Source: Actinomycetota bacterium
GTDB taxonomy: Bacteria > Actinomycetota > Acidimicrobiia > Acidimicrobiales > VFJN01
Length of the DNA stretch: 64,000 nt
NCBI GenBank assembly: GCA_049325515.1
Contig: JBMOLI010000001.1
Coordinates: 577,171 to 641,170, forward strand
Direction: 5' to 3'
This document shows, in pieces, positions 46,480 through 55,876 of the stretch (the first letter of the stretch is position 1; each line of letters begins with the position of its first letter). Made by a program: the position numbers and the translations under genes. Below the pieces are notes generated by a model. That model saw nothing but the letters and a program-made list of their open reading frames with translations, was not told where the DNA came from and searched no databases.

Positions 46480-46494
46480 GCAACCTCCGGTTGC
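46480..46494. terminator. Small hairpin GCAACC-TCC-GGTTGC between convergent genes
   Basis: Perfect 6-bp stem with a 3-nt loop in the 37-nt gap between the ABC exporter and putA stops. It is weak and has no U-tract. Confidence 0.25.
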
Positions 46495-46503
46495 GATGTC
46501 GAT

Positions 46504-49500
46504 TCAGTCTGGCGCGAAGCCTTGGCGCAGGGTGTTCTCGGTCGAGGCGCGGGGGTCGAGGAAGTGGAGCAGGTAGTCGGGCCCGCCGGCCTTGGAGCCC
46601 AGGCCGCTCATTCCGTAGCCGCCAAATGGCTGGCGGCCCACGACGGCGCCGGTGATGTGGCGGTTCAGGTAGACGTTGCCGGCGCGCAGCTCGGCGGCCC
46701 CGCGGCGGAGATGGGCCGGCGACCTGGAGAAGAGCCCGGCTGTGAGCGCGTAGTCGGTGGTGTTGGCGAGCTCGATGGCGTGGTCGAAGTCACGCGCTCG
46801 CAGCACGGTCAGCACCGGACCAAAGATCTCCTCCGTCGCCATCGGCGCAGTGGGGTCATCCACCGCCACGATGGTCGGACCCACGTACCAACCGCCGTCC
46901 GGCACGTCGGTGCGATGCAGCAGCACCTCACCTTGGGACGGGGCGCGCTCGATGTAGCCGCGAACGCGCGCGTGAGCATCGGCGTCGATGACGGGCCCCA
47001 CCTGGACGCCCGGCTGCGCGGCGTGGCCGAGCAGCAGCTCGCGCGAGCAGCCGACCAGGCGCGCAACAACCTGGTCGTAGACGGAGTCGAGCACTATGAG
47101 GCGTGAAGCAGCCGAGCACTTCTGCCCGGCATAGCCGAATGCGGAGTATGCGGCGGCGGGCACTGCCTGGTCTGGGTCCGCGTCGGCATCGATGACGAGC
47201 GCGTTCTTGCCGCCGAGCTCGCAGACGACCTTCTTGATGTGGCGCTGGCCTGGCTGCGGGACTGCTGCCAAGCGGTTGATCTCCAACCCGACCGCCTTGG
47301 AGCCGGTGAAGGCGATGATCGACACGTCCGGGTGGGCGACGAGTCGTGCACCCACCTCCTCGCCCACTCCTGGAACCAGTTGGAAGACGCCGGGGGGCAC
47401 ACCTGCTGCCGTGAGCGCCTCCGCCAGACGCCACGCCACGCCGGGTGTCTGCTCCGCCGGCTTGAGGATGACGGTGTTGCCGGCCGCGAGCGCCGCTGTC
47501 GCCATCCCGCAGGGGATCGCCAAGGGGAAGTTCCAGGGCGATATGACGACGGCCACGCCCTTGCCCTGGTAAGTGAGGCGGTTGGCTTCACCGGGCGGCG
47601 ACTGCACCAGGCTGGCGGCCGCAGCCTCAAGGCGCAGCACCTCCCGCCCGTAGTACTCACAGAAGTCGATGGCCTCGCAGACATCGGCGTCGGCCTGATC
47701 CCAGGGCTTGCCCGCCTCGAAGCACTCGAGGGCGGCGATCTCATCGCGCCTCTCGCGCATCCACTGGGCGGCCCGGAACAGGAGGCCCGCCCGCACCTCT
47801 GCCGGCGCAGCCCGCCACGCCGGCAGAGCGCGGAGCGCGGCCGCCACGGCCACGTCCGCGTCGCCGACAGAGCACGAGGCGGAGGTAGCCACGACGTCGT
47901 CAAAGCGCCCGGGGTCGACCGAGATGATGGTGGTGCCCGTGCGGACGAGCTCTCCGTCGATCAGTGCCGGGACGGCGAGCCCCCTCCACGCCTCGCTGGT
48001 GGAGGGGCGCGCAACAGTGCTGGGGGCCACGCGGCCGACGGCGGCGGCAAAGGCGTCGAACGCCTCGGCGCGCCGCCACTCCCGCAGCGGTTCAGGCCAG
48101 TAGTCGCCGGGCTGGGAAGGGTCTGTCTCGCCCACCACAGGTGGGGTCGTGGGCCCCGGCAGGACCTCGACCTCGGGCGGCGCGACGAGGCTGTCCAGAG
48201 CTCGACCCTCGGCGAAGCGATGGCGCACGAAGCTCTCGTTCGATGTGTTCTCGAGCAGGCGCCTGACGAGGTAGGCCATCCCGGGCACGAGCTCGCCGAC
48301 GGGCCCGTAGACTCGCAGCCGCAAGCCGAGTCTCTTGATGGCAGCGTGAACCGGCTCGGCCATGCCGTAGAGGAGCTGCACCTCGTAGGCGTGGTCGGGT
48401 AGGCCGAGGCGGCGTGCGTAGCTCACCGCGTAGGCAAGCGACCGCAGGTTGTGCGAGCCGAAGGCGGCGCGGACCGCTCCGTGGCTGTCGTGGAGCATCC
48501 GTGCGCACGCCTCGAAGCTGGCGTCGGTCTCCTCCTTGCGCTCGAAGACCGGCGGCTGCCAGCCGGCGGCGCGGGCATGGACCGTCTCGGCGTCCCAGTA
48601 GGCACCCTTCACCAGTCGGATGGTGATCGGGCGCGCCCGCCCGCTGCCCCAGTCGATCAGGTCGGCGAGGTCGGCCCGGGCGTCCCGCAAGAAGGCCTGC
48701 ACCACGACCCCGGCGTTCACGTCAGCGAACTCATCCTCGTCGAGCAGGTCACGGAACAGCGAGAGGGTCAGGTCCTTGACGTCGTAGTGCTCCATGTCGA
48801 AGTGCACGTGGGCGCCGCGGTCGCGGGCGAGCCGCAAGATCGGGCGGATCCGCTGCTTGGCTGACTCCAGCCCGACGGAGCGGCTGAGCGGCTCGTAGTG
48901 CGTGGCGAGAGCGGTCGGCTTGATGCTGATGTTCACCCGCGGCAGGGGCCCGAGGTCGTCGTGCTCGAGGTGATCGTCGGGAGCCCAAGTCGGTGCGGCG
49001 TCGCACAGCGCCCCCATCAGATCGAGCACGCGGGCCTGGTAGCGGTCGGCCTCGCCGGCCACAACGGTCTTCTCGCCGAGCAGGTCGACGGTGGCGGCGC
49101 TGCCGCTGCGCCACAAGCCGTGCAGCTCGGACACGGCCTCGGCCGGTGTCTCGCCCACGATGAACTGCTGCGCCATCCGCGCGATGTTCTTGCGCGCGAC
49201 GCGCGCCTCGAGCGCGGCGCCGAAGGGGACGCGCTCGGCCAGGTCGACGCCGAGGTCGAGCGCCCGCGGCACATCGACGCCGTCGAAGTACTCCGAGACG
49301 TGGCGTGCGATGTCGTCGTCGCCATCGAGGGCGGGGAAGACGTCGACGAACCGGAACAGCTGCGTCTTGAAGGGCGGGCGTGACATCGCCCAGTCCATCA
49401 TGCGATCGCTCCACCACGACATGCGGTAGACGCGCGACCGCTCGCCGGTCCCCAGCTCCGCGATGCGCCTGGCGAGCGCCTGCGTGTCGCGCTCGAGGGC

Positions 49501-49515
49501 CGCGGGATCCATCAC
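46504..49515 (-). CDS. putA: Bifunctional proline dehydrogenase / L-glutamate gamma-semialdehyde (P5C) dehydrogenase
   Basis: 1003 aa. The N-terminal PRODH barrel region is followed by an ALDH domain with VCELGGKNA and GYAGQKCSAASR motifs. Confidence 0.93.
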   Translation of the reverse strand: MMDPAALERDTQALARRIAELGTGERSRVYRMSWWSDRMMDWAMSRPPFKTQLFRFVDVFPALDGDDDIARHVSEYFDGVDVPRALDLGVDLAERVPFGAALEARVARKNIARMAQQFIVGETPAEAVSELHGLWRSGSAATVDLLGEKTVVAGEADRYQARVLDLMGALCDAAPTWAPDDHLEHDDLGPLPRVNISIKPTALATHYEPLSRSVGLESAKQRIRPILRLARDRGAHVHFDMEHYDVKDLTLSLFRDLLDEDEFADVNAGVVVQAFLRDARADLADLIDWGSGRARPITIRLVKGAYWDAETVHARAAGWQPPVFERKEETDASFEACARMLHDSHGAVRAAFGSHNLRSLAYAVSYARRLGLPDHAYEVQLLYGMAEPVHAAIKRLGLRLRVYGPVGELVPGMAYLVRRLLENTSNESFVRHRFAEGRALDSLVAPPEVEVLPGPTTPPVVGETDPSQPGDYWPEPLREWRRAEAFDAFAAAVGRVAPSTVARPSTSEAWRGLAVPALIDGELVRTGTTIISVDPGRFDDVVATSASCSVGDADVAVAAALRALPAWRAAPAEVRAGLLFRAAQWMRERRDEIAALECFEAGKPWDQADADVCEAIDFCEYYGREVLRLEAAAASLVQSPPGEANRLTYQGKGVAVVISPWNFPLAIPCGMATAALAAGNTVILKPAEQTPGVAWRLAEALTAAGVPPGVFQLVPGVGEEVGARLVAHPDVSIIAFTGSKAVGLEINRLAAVPQPGQRHIKKVVCELGGKNALVIDADADPDQAVPAAAYSAFGYAGQKCSAASRLIVLDSVYDQVVARLVGCSRELLLGHAAQPGVQVGPVIDADAHARVRGYIERAPSQGEVLLHRTDVPDGGWYVGPTIVAVDDPTAPMATEEIFGPVLTVLRARDFDHAIELANTTDYALTAGLFSRSPAHLRRGAAELRAGNVYLNRHITGAVVGRQPFGGYGMSGLGSKAGGPDYLLHFLDPRASTENTLRQGFAPD

Positions 49516-49588
49516 TCGGGACGGTACCCCTGGTGCTCGTGAGAGGGGGGACGGGCCATCGGGCCCGATCCCCGCCTCACGTTGCGTT

Positions 49589-49861
49589 CTACTTGACGGC
49601 GTCCTTGAAGGACTTGCCGACCTTCACCTTCGGCACGGTGGAAGCAGCGATCTGGATCTCTGCTCCCGTCGCAGGGTTGCGGCCGGTGCGGGCGGCGCGC
49701 TCGGCCCGCTCGAAGCTCAAGAAGCCGGGGATCTGGACCTTGCCACCTCCCGCCACGGTGCTCGTGATCACGTCTTCGAACGCACCGAGGACCGCTCCAA
49801 CAGTTGCGTTGGACTGTCCGGTCTTCTCGGCTACGGCGCTGACGAGTTCGGCCTTGTTCAT
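49589..49861 (-). CDS. hup: HU family nucleoid-associated DNA-binding protein
   Basis: Internal ATG preceded by GAGGAGG. MNKAELVSAVAEKTGQS...ERAARTGRNPATGAEIQIAAS. Length is 90 aa. Confidence 0.93.
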   Translation of the reverse strand: MNKAELVSAVAEKTGQSNATVGAVLGAFEDVITSTVAGGGKVQIPGFLSFERAERAARTGRNPATGAEIQIAASTVPKVKVGKSFKDAVK

Positions 49862-49932
49862 CGGGGCCCTCCTCAAGGGTCAGATCAGGCGAAGATCACC
49901 GTAAACGCGACCCTTGCTGCGGTGGTGGATGG

Positions 49933-51126
49933 TCAGCCGTGGCCGTGGGCCACGTCGCAGAGCCTCTCCTCGCCCTCGGGGATCGTGCCACCCGCAACGC
50001 CCTCGAGCGCTGCGAAGGGCCCGCAGGGGTGGGGCTCGATCCACACGTGGATCATGGGGGTCTCAGCGCCCTTGGTGAGACCCGGCCCGCACTTGCCCTC
50101 AGCGTCGGTGAGACCAGCGACCTGAGCCCCCGCAAAGCACAGGTTGTCGTGGATGTGCCACTGCGTGAGCTTGCCGCCCAGCTCGGGCACGTCGTCGAGG
50201 GTGTCGCCCGGGTTCAGCATGAACATGGCCGCAGCCAGACGCTTGGGCGTGACCGACGTGTCGTAGACGAGCGACTCGGGGTAGTCGGGGTCGAGCAGCT
50301 TGTCGTCGTTCATGTTGGCCAGGTTGAGGTAGTGCTCGTGGCCGAGGAAGCCGTCACCGATCGACACGAAGCCGTTGGCCTCGGCGAAGGCGGGGTCAGC
50401 GAACTTGGGAAGCCGCAGGAGCGTGATCGCCAGCAGGTTCTCCGCTCTTGCCTGCTCCTGGGGGGACACGCCTTCGACGCCACTGAGATCGATGGGAAGC
50501 AACGGGTCGAAGGGCTTCGGTGGGACCACTGACGGCTCGTGGTCATCGGCCCCGGCCGTGGAACCCTCGGCGTCGGTGTGGGTCGCCCCCGCCGCGTGCG
50601 CCTCACCCTCGGAGTGGGCGTGCGTGCCGGCCGACACCATGCCGGGCACCGCCACAGCAGACACGAGCACAGCCAACGAACCCATCAGGACCGGTCGCCC
50701 GGCCCAGCGGCTCACACCAGACCAGGCCAGCCCGACAGCGGCAAGCACAGAGAAGGCGGCCAAGCCTGCGGCGAGCACGTCAGCGGTCTGGATGGCCTCC
50801 TTCTCGTCGAGGCCGTCGACGAACCAGATCCCGTTGGTCTTGGCGACGACCCATCCTGCGACGACCAACAGGTTCGCCAGCCCGCCCAGCGCGATCATCA
50901 CGCGGCCGGGCCGCGCCAGAGCGAGCGCTCCCCAGCCGATCTGCACGGCAGCGACGAGCGTGAAAGCGAGCACAGCTTGTCTGTGCTCGCTGTGGACACC
51001 GATGGCCGCGGCGTGGATGGCGCCGGCGGCCAGAGAGGCTGCGCCCGCGACCCCGAGCCAACCGAGCGAGCCGATCGCTGCGAGGGGCTGGGTCGGGTTC
51101 AGCTCACGATCTACGACGATTGCCAC
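49933..51126 (-). CDS. Hypothetical polytopic membrane protein with His-rich loop and extracytoplasmic C-terminal domain
   Basis: 397 aa with about 5 TM helices. Then GTHAHSEGEAHAAGATHTDAEG, followed by a Cys/His-containing domain (GHEHYLN, WHIHDNLCF, HVWIEPHPCGPF). I recognise no family. Confidence 0.55.
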   Translation of the reverse strand: MAIVVDRELNPTQPLAAIGSLGWLGVAGAASLAAGAIHAAAIGVHSEHRQAVLAFTLVAAVQIGWGALALARPGRVMIALGGLANLLVVAGWVVAKTNGIWFVDGLDEKEAIQTADVLAAGLAAFSVLAAVGLAWSGVSRWAGRPVLMGSLAVLVSAVAVPGMVSAGTHAHSEGEAHAAGATHTDAEGSTAGADDHEPSVVPPKPFDPLLPIDLSGVEGVSPQEQARAENLLAITLLRLPKFADPAFAEANGFVSIGDGFLGHEHYLNLANMNDDKLLDPDYPESLVYDTSVTPKRLAAAMFMLNPGDTLDDVPELGGKLTQWHIHDNLCFAGAQVAGLTDAEGKCGPGLTKGAETPMIHVWIEPHPCGPFAALEGVAGGTIPEGEERLCDVAHGHG

Positions 51127-51220
51127 GACGACGCTCTCCCGGGTTCGAGTCTCGCGAGCATACGGCTTGAGCCCCCTTGGTCACGGCTCGGGGCACAATT
51201 CGGACAGACCGCAGATGGGC

Positions 51221-52258
51221 TCAGCCAGCGGGCCGGGCCGCCACCAGCACGTCGCGCCGGATGGCCCTGTCGACGCGGTGAACGAACGAGTCGTCGTCCT
51301 CGGCTGAGCGCAGCTCGAAGCCCGCCTCGCGGAGCAGCTGAACCAAGCGGGGGCGCTTCAGCGTGTTGAGGTTCCAGGCCAGGGCAACCGCTGCGCCGGG
51401 TTGCAGCAGCTCGAACCAGACGGGCAGCGCTTCTGCCAGCAGGCCGGCGGGTCCCCGGTCGCGATGCTCGGATCCCCGGCTCGAGCCGTGCTGCACGCCG
51501 TAGGGCAGATCGCAGGCCATCAGGTCTGCGCTGCGCGCCTTCAGATGGGTGCGGGCGGCCCGGGTGTCGTCGTGGATGACGTCGATGACCCGATGCGTGC
51601 TCCGGTCCTTGCCGTGCCCGTAGGTGACCGTGATGCGGTGTGCTGGTGTGTCTCGCCCGCGGCGCAGCTTGGCCTGCTCGAGCCGATGCTTGAGTCGCTT
51701 GTCCTTGAGCCAGGTCAGGAGGAACTGCGTGTAGGCCTCCGCGTCCCGTTGGTCGAGCTCGATCCCGCACGCATCCATCCCGTACAGGGCGGCCCGGTTC
51801 AGGGTGGTGCCCCGACCGCACACGGGGTCGACCAGCGTGAGGCGGCCGCCTCGCAACAACCTCCCGAACGCGTCGTCGCTCTCGACCAGCGCCATGTTGA
51901 CCAGCAGGTGGGTGAACGCCTCGTTGGTCTTGCCGGGATAGCGCTGGATCGTGACGATGTCCTCGTCGAGGCGGGCCAGCGGAGCGATCGAGACGGGGGC
52001 GAAGCGCGCACCTTCGACTTCGAAGAGCGCGTGGAGCGAGGAGAGGTTGGACCAGAGCTCGACCTGCCGCTCGGTCAGCGGCGACGTCGATGTCGCGACC
52101 AGGTAGTCGACGCCCGCGATCTCCTCGCGGTCGATGTGCTCGACGAGAGCTCCGCTGGCCCTTGCCATGGCGAGCAGCTCCGCGCGGGCCAGGTCGAAGG
52201 CTGAGGCGCCGTAGACGCGGTTCGCGCTCGCCTTGAGGAGCAGTGCGTAGCGGGACAC
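51221..52258 (-). CDS. SAM-dependent methyltransferase (Trm11/RlmL-like, DLPYG motif)
   Basis: In-frame GTG at 52258, 17 nt after the DUF2277 stop. SAM motif I VDPVCGRGTT and motif IV ACDLPYG. The N-terminal part of track ORF 51221..52597 overlaps the DUF2277 gene and is rejected. Confidence 0.7.
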   Translation of the reverse strand: MSRYALLLKASANRVYGASAFDLARAELLAMARASGALVEHIDREEIAGVDYLVATSTSPLTERQVELWSNLSSLHALFEVEGARFAPVSIAPLARLDEDIVTIQRYPGKTNEAFTHLLVNMALVESDDAFGRLLRGGRLTLVDPVCGRGTTLNRAALYGMDACGIELDQRDAEAYTQFLLTWLKDKRLKHRLEQAKLRRGRDTPAHRITVTYGHGKDRSTHRVIDVIHDDTRAARTHLKARSADLMACDLPYGVQHGSSRGSEHRDRGPAGLLAEALPVWFELLQPGAAVALAWNLNTLKRPRLVQLLREAGFELRSAEDDDSFVHRVDRAIRRDVLVAARPAG

Positions 52259-52275
52259 CTCACGTCCGGTCAGCG

Positions 52276-52533
52276 CTAGACCGCGCGGGTGACGCTGAGA
52301 CGGCGCAGAGGCGGCAGCGTCTTCGGCGGCTGCTGACGAGGCGGCAGCTCCGCCAACAGCTCCTCGCTGGCGAGGGTGATGCGTCGCACCGCTCTCTCGA
52401 AGGCGGCCTCGGTGCGCGCCGTCGTCTTCTGCACGCCGCTGATCTTGCGCACGTACTGGCGGGCAGCCGCCTCGATCTCCTCGTCGGTCGCCTCCGGCTC
52501 GAGGCCTCGCAGGGTCGTGATGTTCCGGCACAT
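52276..52533 (-). CDS. DUF2277 family protein
   Basis: 85 aa starting MCRNITTLRGLEPEATDEEIEAAARQYVRKISG, which matches the invariant N-terminus I associate with DUF2277. Confidence 0.75.
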   Translation of the reverse strand: MCRNITTLRGLEPEATDEEIEAAARQYVRKISGVQKTTARTEAAFERAVRRITLASEELLAELPPRQQPPKTLPPLRRLSVTRAV

Positions 52534-52565
52534 GAAGCCAGAGTAGGGCGACGCCGCGCGCCGGG

Positions 52566-53012
52566 TCAGACGGCGCGATCGAGGAACTGCCGAGCACCCG
52601 TGTCGATCACCCAGTCGTGGCCGTAGCGGATGACCGGCGCGGCAAGCCGGGACACCGCACGCAGGAAGCCGTTTCCCGGCTCGAGCGACAGCAGCACGCG
52701 CGCCTCCGAGCCCTCATCGGCCTCCGTGACCTCCAGACGTGCGCTTCCCACGACGTCGCCCGAGACCGACGCCACGACCGAGCGCGGTGCGTCCACGTCC
52801 TCGAGCCGCACATCGAAGCGCACCCGATAGGGCAGCGGTGGCTGGACGAGGCAGTGCCACACCTGATCGCCGCCGAGGTGAGAGGCGTCGAAGCCACGCA
52901 GCCAAGGCCACCACAGCCGGTAGTCGTCAACCCGGCTCAGGGTCGTCCACAGCTCGACGGGCGACACCGGCAGGCGGTAGCGCCGATCCGTCTCGAACCT
53001 CACGGGAACCAC
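52566..53012 (-). CDS. SRPBCC (START/polyketide cyclase-like) family protein
   Basis: VELWTTLSRVDDYRLWWPWL and a C-terminal amphipathic helix. The start is uncertain: the GTG at 53012 is preferred because the ATG at 53072 lies only 6 nt from the divergent gene start. Confidence 0.6.
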   Translation of the reverse strand: MVPVRFETDRRYRLPVSPVELWTTLSRVDDYRLWWPWLRGFDASHLGGDQVWHCLVQPPLPYRVRFDVRLEDVDAPRSVVASVSGDVVGSARLEVTEADEGSEARVLLSLEPGNGFLRAVSRLAAPVIRYGHDWVIDTGARQFLDRAV

Positions 53013-53078
53013 CCTCTCACGGGTTGTGGGGCTGCGCGCGGGCGAGCAGCCTGCGGTCGCGCGTGCCACCATCGACGC

Positions 53079-54293
53079 ATGACGACTCGACCTGAGGATG
53101 TCGGCCTCTCCACTCAGCGGTTGGCGAACGTCGACGCGACGATGCATGCCTACGTCGACAGGGGGAAGCTCCCCGGCGTGCAGACCATGATCAGCCGGCG
53201 GGGCGAGGTGGTGCACCACGACTGCTACGGCTTCGCCGACGTCGAGGCCGAGGTCCGGGTGCAGCCCGACACGATCTACCGCATCTACTCGATGACGAAG
53301 CCGATCACGAGCGTCGGGCTGATGATGCTGTACGAGGAAGGGGTCTTCCTGTTGGAGAACCCGATCTCACGCTGGCTGCCGGAGTTCGAGGACGTGCAGG
53401 TGTGGGAGCGCGGCACGGCGGACGAGCCGGTCACGCGACCGTCCGCCCGGCCGATCACGGTCCACGACCTGCTCACACACATGTCGGGCATCACCTACGG
53501 GTTCCACTACCAGCACCCGCTCGACGAGCTGTACCGCCGCCATTCGCTCGGAGACTTCTCAGAGCCGACCTACGACCTGGCCGAGGGCGTCGGTCGCATC
53601 GCGGCGCTCCCGCTCCTGTTCGACCCGGGCTCGCGCTGGAACTACTCGCTGTCGACCGATGTGTGCGGGCGCCTGATCGAGGTGATGAGCGGCCAGACGC
53701 TCGACGCGTACCTCGAAGAGCGCGTTCTCGGTCCCCTTGCGATGGTCGACACGGGCTTCAACGTCCCCGAGTCGGAGCTCCCTCGCTGCTCCCCCCTCTA
53801 CACGCGCAAGCAGGCCGGCGGCCTCCACCGGCTGGCGGGACCAGAGGTGATGGTGCAGCCGAAGAAGTACCTGGCCGGTGGAGGCGGCCTCATGGGCACG
53901 GCGACGGACTACATGCGGTTCTGCCACATGCTCCTCCGAGGCGGCGAGCTCGACGGCGTTCGGCTGCTGAGCCCGCGCACGGTGCGCTACATGGCCCGCA
54001 ACCACCTGCCGGGAGGGCGCCTCCTGAACGAGGTGGGGCAGTCGACGTTCTCGGAGGCTGCGATGGCGGGCACCGGCTTCGGCCTGGGCTTCGCCGTGAT
54101 CGAAGACGCTGCGGCACTTCAGAACATGGCGAGCGAGGGCGAGTTCAGCTGGGGCGGCGCCGCCAGCACGGCCTTCTGGGTCGATCCAGCCGAGGAGATC
54201 TGCGTCGTGTTCATGACCCAGCTCCTGCCCAGCGACACCTACCCGCTACGGCGCCAGCTGCGGGCCACCGTGCTCCAGTCCGTCATCGACTGA
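53079..54293 (+). CDS. Serine hydrolase, beta-lactamase (class C / esterase EstB-like) family
   Basis: Internal ATG (residue 155 of track ORF 52617..54293). SxxK motif YSMTKPITS, a YSLS (Tyr-x-Asn-like) region, and the GGAASTAFWVDP C-terminal block. Confidence 0.88.
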   Translation: MTTRPEDVGLSTQRLANVDATMHAYVDRGKLPGVQTMISRRGEVVHHDCYGFADVEAEVRVQPDTIYRIYSMTKPITSVGLMMLYEEGVFLLENPISRWLPEFEDVQVWERGTADEPVTRPSARPITVHDLLTHMSGITYGFHYQHPLDELYRRHSLGDFSEPTYDLAEGVGRIAALPLLFDPGSRWNYSLSTDVCGRLIEVMSGQTLDAYLEERVLGPLAMVDTGFNVPESELPRCSPLYTRKQAGGLHRLAGPEVMVQPKKYLAGGGGLMGTATDYMRFCHMLLRGGELDGVRLLSPRTVRYMARNHLPGGRLLNEVGQSTFSEAAMAGTGFGLGFAVIEDAAALQNMASEGEFSWGGAASTAFWVDPAEEICVVFMTQLLPSDTYPLRRQLRATVLQSVID

Positions 54294-54740
54294 GGCGGCT
54301 GGCCTCGCCCGCACCCGAGAGCGGCGAGCCGAAGCCCATGCGAGGCTCGCCGCAACGACCCAGACGAGCAACAGCGCGATGGCCACCCCGCCTGCGTAGT
54401 CGCGGGGCAGGAGCGACGGGTTGCTGGAGCGCCTGCCGTAGCCGCGGATGAAGGGCCAGGCGACGAGCGCCACACAGCCGCTCGTCGCCAGCGCCCACCG
54501 CACGAACGGCCATGCCCGCTCCGGTGTGATGCGGCGGACCCCCACCGCGACGGCGAGCACCGCGGGCAGGAGCACCAGGTCGTGCACCAGTGCAGCGCCG
54601 ACGATCCAGCGAGCCAGCTCAGCTGGATGGGTGCGCGCACCCTCTATCAGCGCTCCCCTGATGCCCCAAGCGATCACGGGCAAGCCGAGAAGCAGGCCGA
54701 TCCACAGACCCGGCCGCTGGCTCGGCGAATCGGGGCTCAC
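54246..54740 (-). CDS. Hypothetical 4-TM membrane protein, last gene of the DUF2064 operon
   Basis: In-frame GTG at 54740 in a GTGA overlap with the upstream stop. Hydrophobic helices are present throughout. The 3' end overlaps the convergent hydrolase by 48 nt. Confidence 0.5.
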   Translation of the reverse strand: MSPDSPSQRPGLWIGLLLGLPVIAWGIRGALIEGARTHPAELARWIVGAALVHDLVLLPAVLAVAVGVRRITPERAWPFVRWALATSGCVALVAWPFIRGYGRRSSNPSLLPRDYAGGVAIALLLVWVVAASLAWASARRSRVRARPAASVDDGLEHGGPQLAP

Positions 54741-55876
54741 CGCACCTCCAGCTCGGCGACCCACTTGGTCTGGCCCACGCCAGGCCGGTTCGGACCGATG
54801 AGGCGCGCCGGGAACCCGTGGTCGATGTGCAGCGGCTCGCCGTCGAGGTCGAGCGCCAGGAGGGTGTCGCGATCGTGCGCCTGCAACCGGTTGAGCTCGG
54901 CCTCGCGGTACAGGCCCTGCGGCTGCAGCGATCTGACCGTCACCTCAGCGTCGTCCCGCGCGCCCGCCATCGCCAGCAGGTCGCGCACCGGCACGCCGCT
55001 CCACCGTGCCGACGCCGACCAACCCTCGACGCAAGCGATCGGCAGCTCTGCTTCGCGCTGCTCGAGCGAGCGGAGGTCGGCGAGCGACAGGGACAGCGGA
55101 CGACTGACCGCGCCGGTGACACGCAGGCGCCATCCCGGGTCGACGGCGAGCTGCTCGACGCGCGCTCCCGCCGCCGTCTTGTTGACCGGCAAGCCTTGAG
55201 GACCGAAGTCCGGGCGGCGCTGGGCCAGGAACGACACCTTCGAGAGCCACGACGCTGTGCCGCCCGCGGTCGCCACTGCCAGCAGCGCGCTGGTGGCGCT
55301 CACGCCCCCGAGGAAGGCGCGCCGGTCGGCGCGCTCCGATGCCGAGGTTGCCGGTCTGCGCAAGGAGGACCGCGCTGTCGACCACGACGCACCGATGTGG
55401 ACGATCAGCGCCCCGATGGTCACCCACGCCGCCCAGAGGTGCGCCGTTGGGAAGAAGAACGTCCACGGGTACCAGCGCGCCACGTTGGCGATGCCGGAGA
55501 CGAGCAGGAACACCGCACCGCCGACGAGCGGGAGCAGGGCGACCCGCTCGAGGGCATGGCCGATGGATCGGACCGGTGGCCACACCACCAGCTTGGGTGC
55601 AACCACCCAGAGCTTCGCCAGCAGCAGCGGTACGGACGCGAACCCGGTGACCACGTGCAGACCCTGCGTCACCCGGTAGAGACCGGCGGGACGCGGCGGA
55701 AGTGTGAGCCAGGAGGGCTCCGACTGGAGCAGGTGCGAGTAGGCGCCGGTCAGCGCGCAGATCGAGAAGGTGATGCCGAGCACCGCGCCGAGGCGAGCGG
55801 CGATCGTCTCGTCGTGCAGGCCGCTCGTGAACCGTTCGGCGAGCCGCCTCGCCAGCGCGCCCGGCCCGGTACTCAT
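54737..55876 (-). CDS. Fused membrane cytochrome-b-like domain + molybdopterin-dependent oxidoreductase (MsrP/YedY / sulfite-oxidase fold)
   Basis: Internal ATG at 55876 (ATGA overlap). The N-terminal half has about 5 TM helices with intramembrane His (YSHLL, GLHVV, TAHLW, LIVHIG). An internal twin-arginine-like DRRAFLGG follows, then PIACVEGWS (compare CVEAWS of MsrP) and DHGFPARL. Confidence 0.8.
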   Translation of the reverse strand: MSTGPGALARRLAERFTSGLHDETIAARLGAVLGITFSICALTGAYSHLLQSEPSWLTLPPRPAGLYRVTQGLHVVTGFASVPLLLAKLWVVAPKLVVWPPVRSIGHALERVALLPLVGGAVFLLVSGIANVARWYPWTFFFPTAHLWAAWVTIGALIVHIGASWSTARSSLRRPATSASERADRRAFLGGVSATSALLAVATAGGTASWLSKVSFLAQRRPDFGPQGLPVNKTAAGARVEQLAVDPGWRLRVTGAVSRPLSLSLADLRSLEQREAELPIACVEGWSASARWSGVPVRDLLAMAGARDDAEVTVRSLQPQGLYREAELNRLQAHDRDTLLALDLDGEPLHIDHGFPARLIGPNRPGVGQTKWVAELEVR

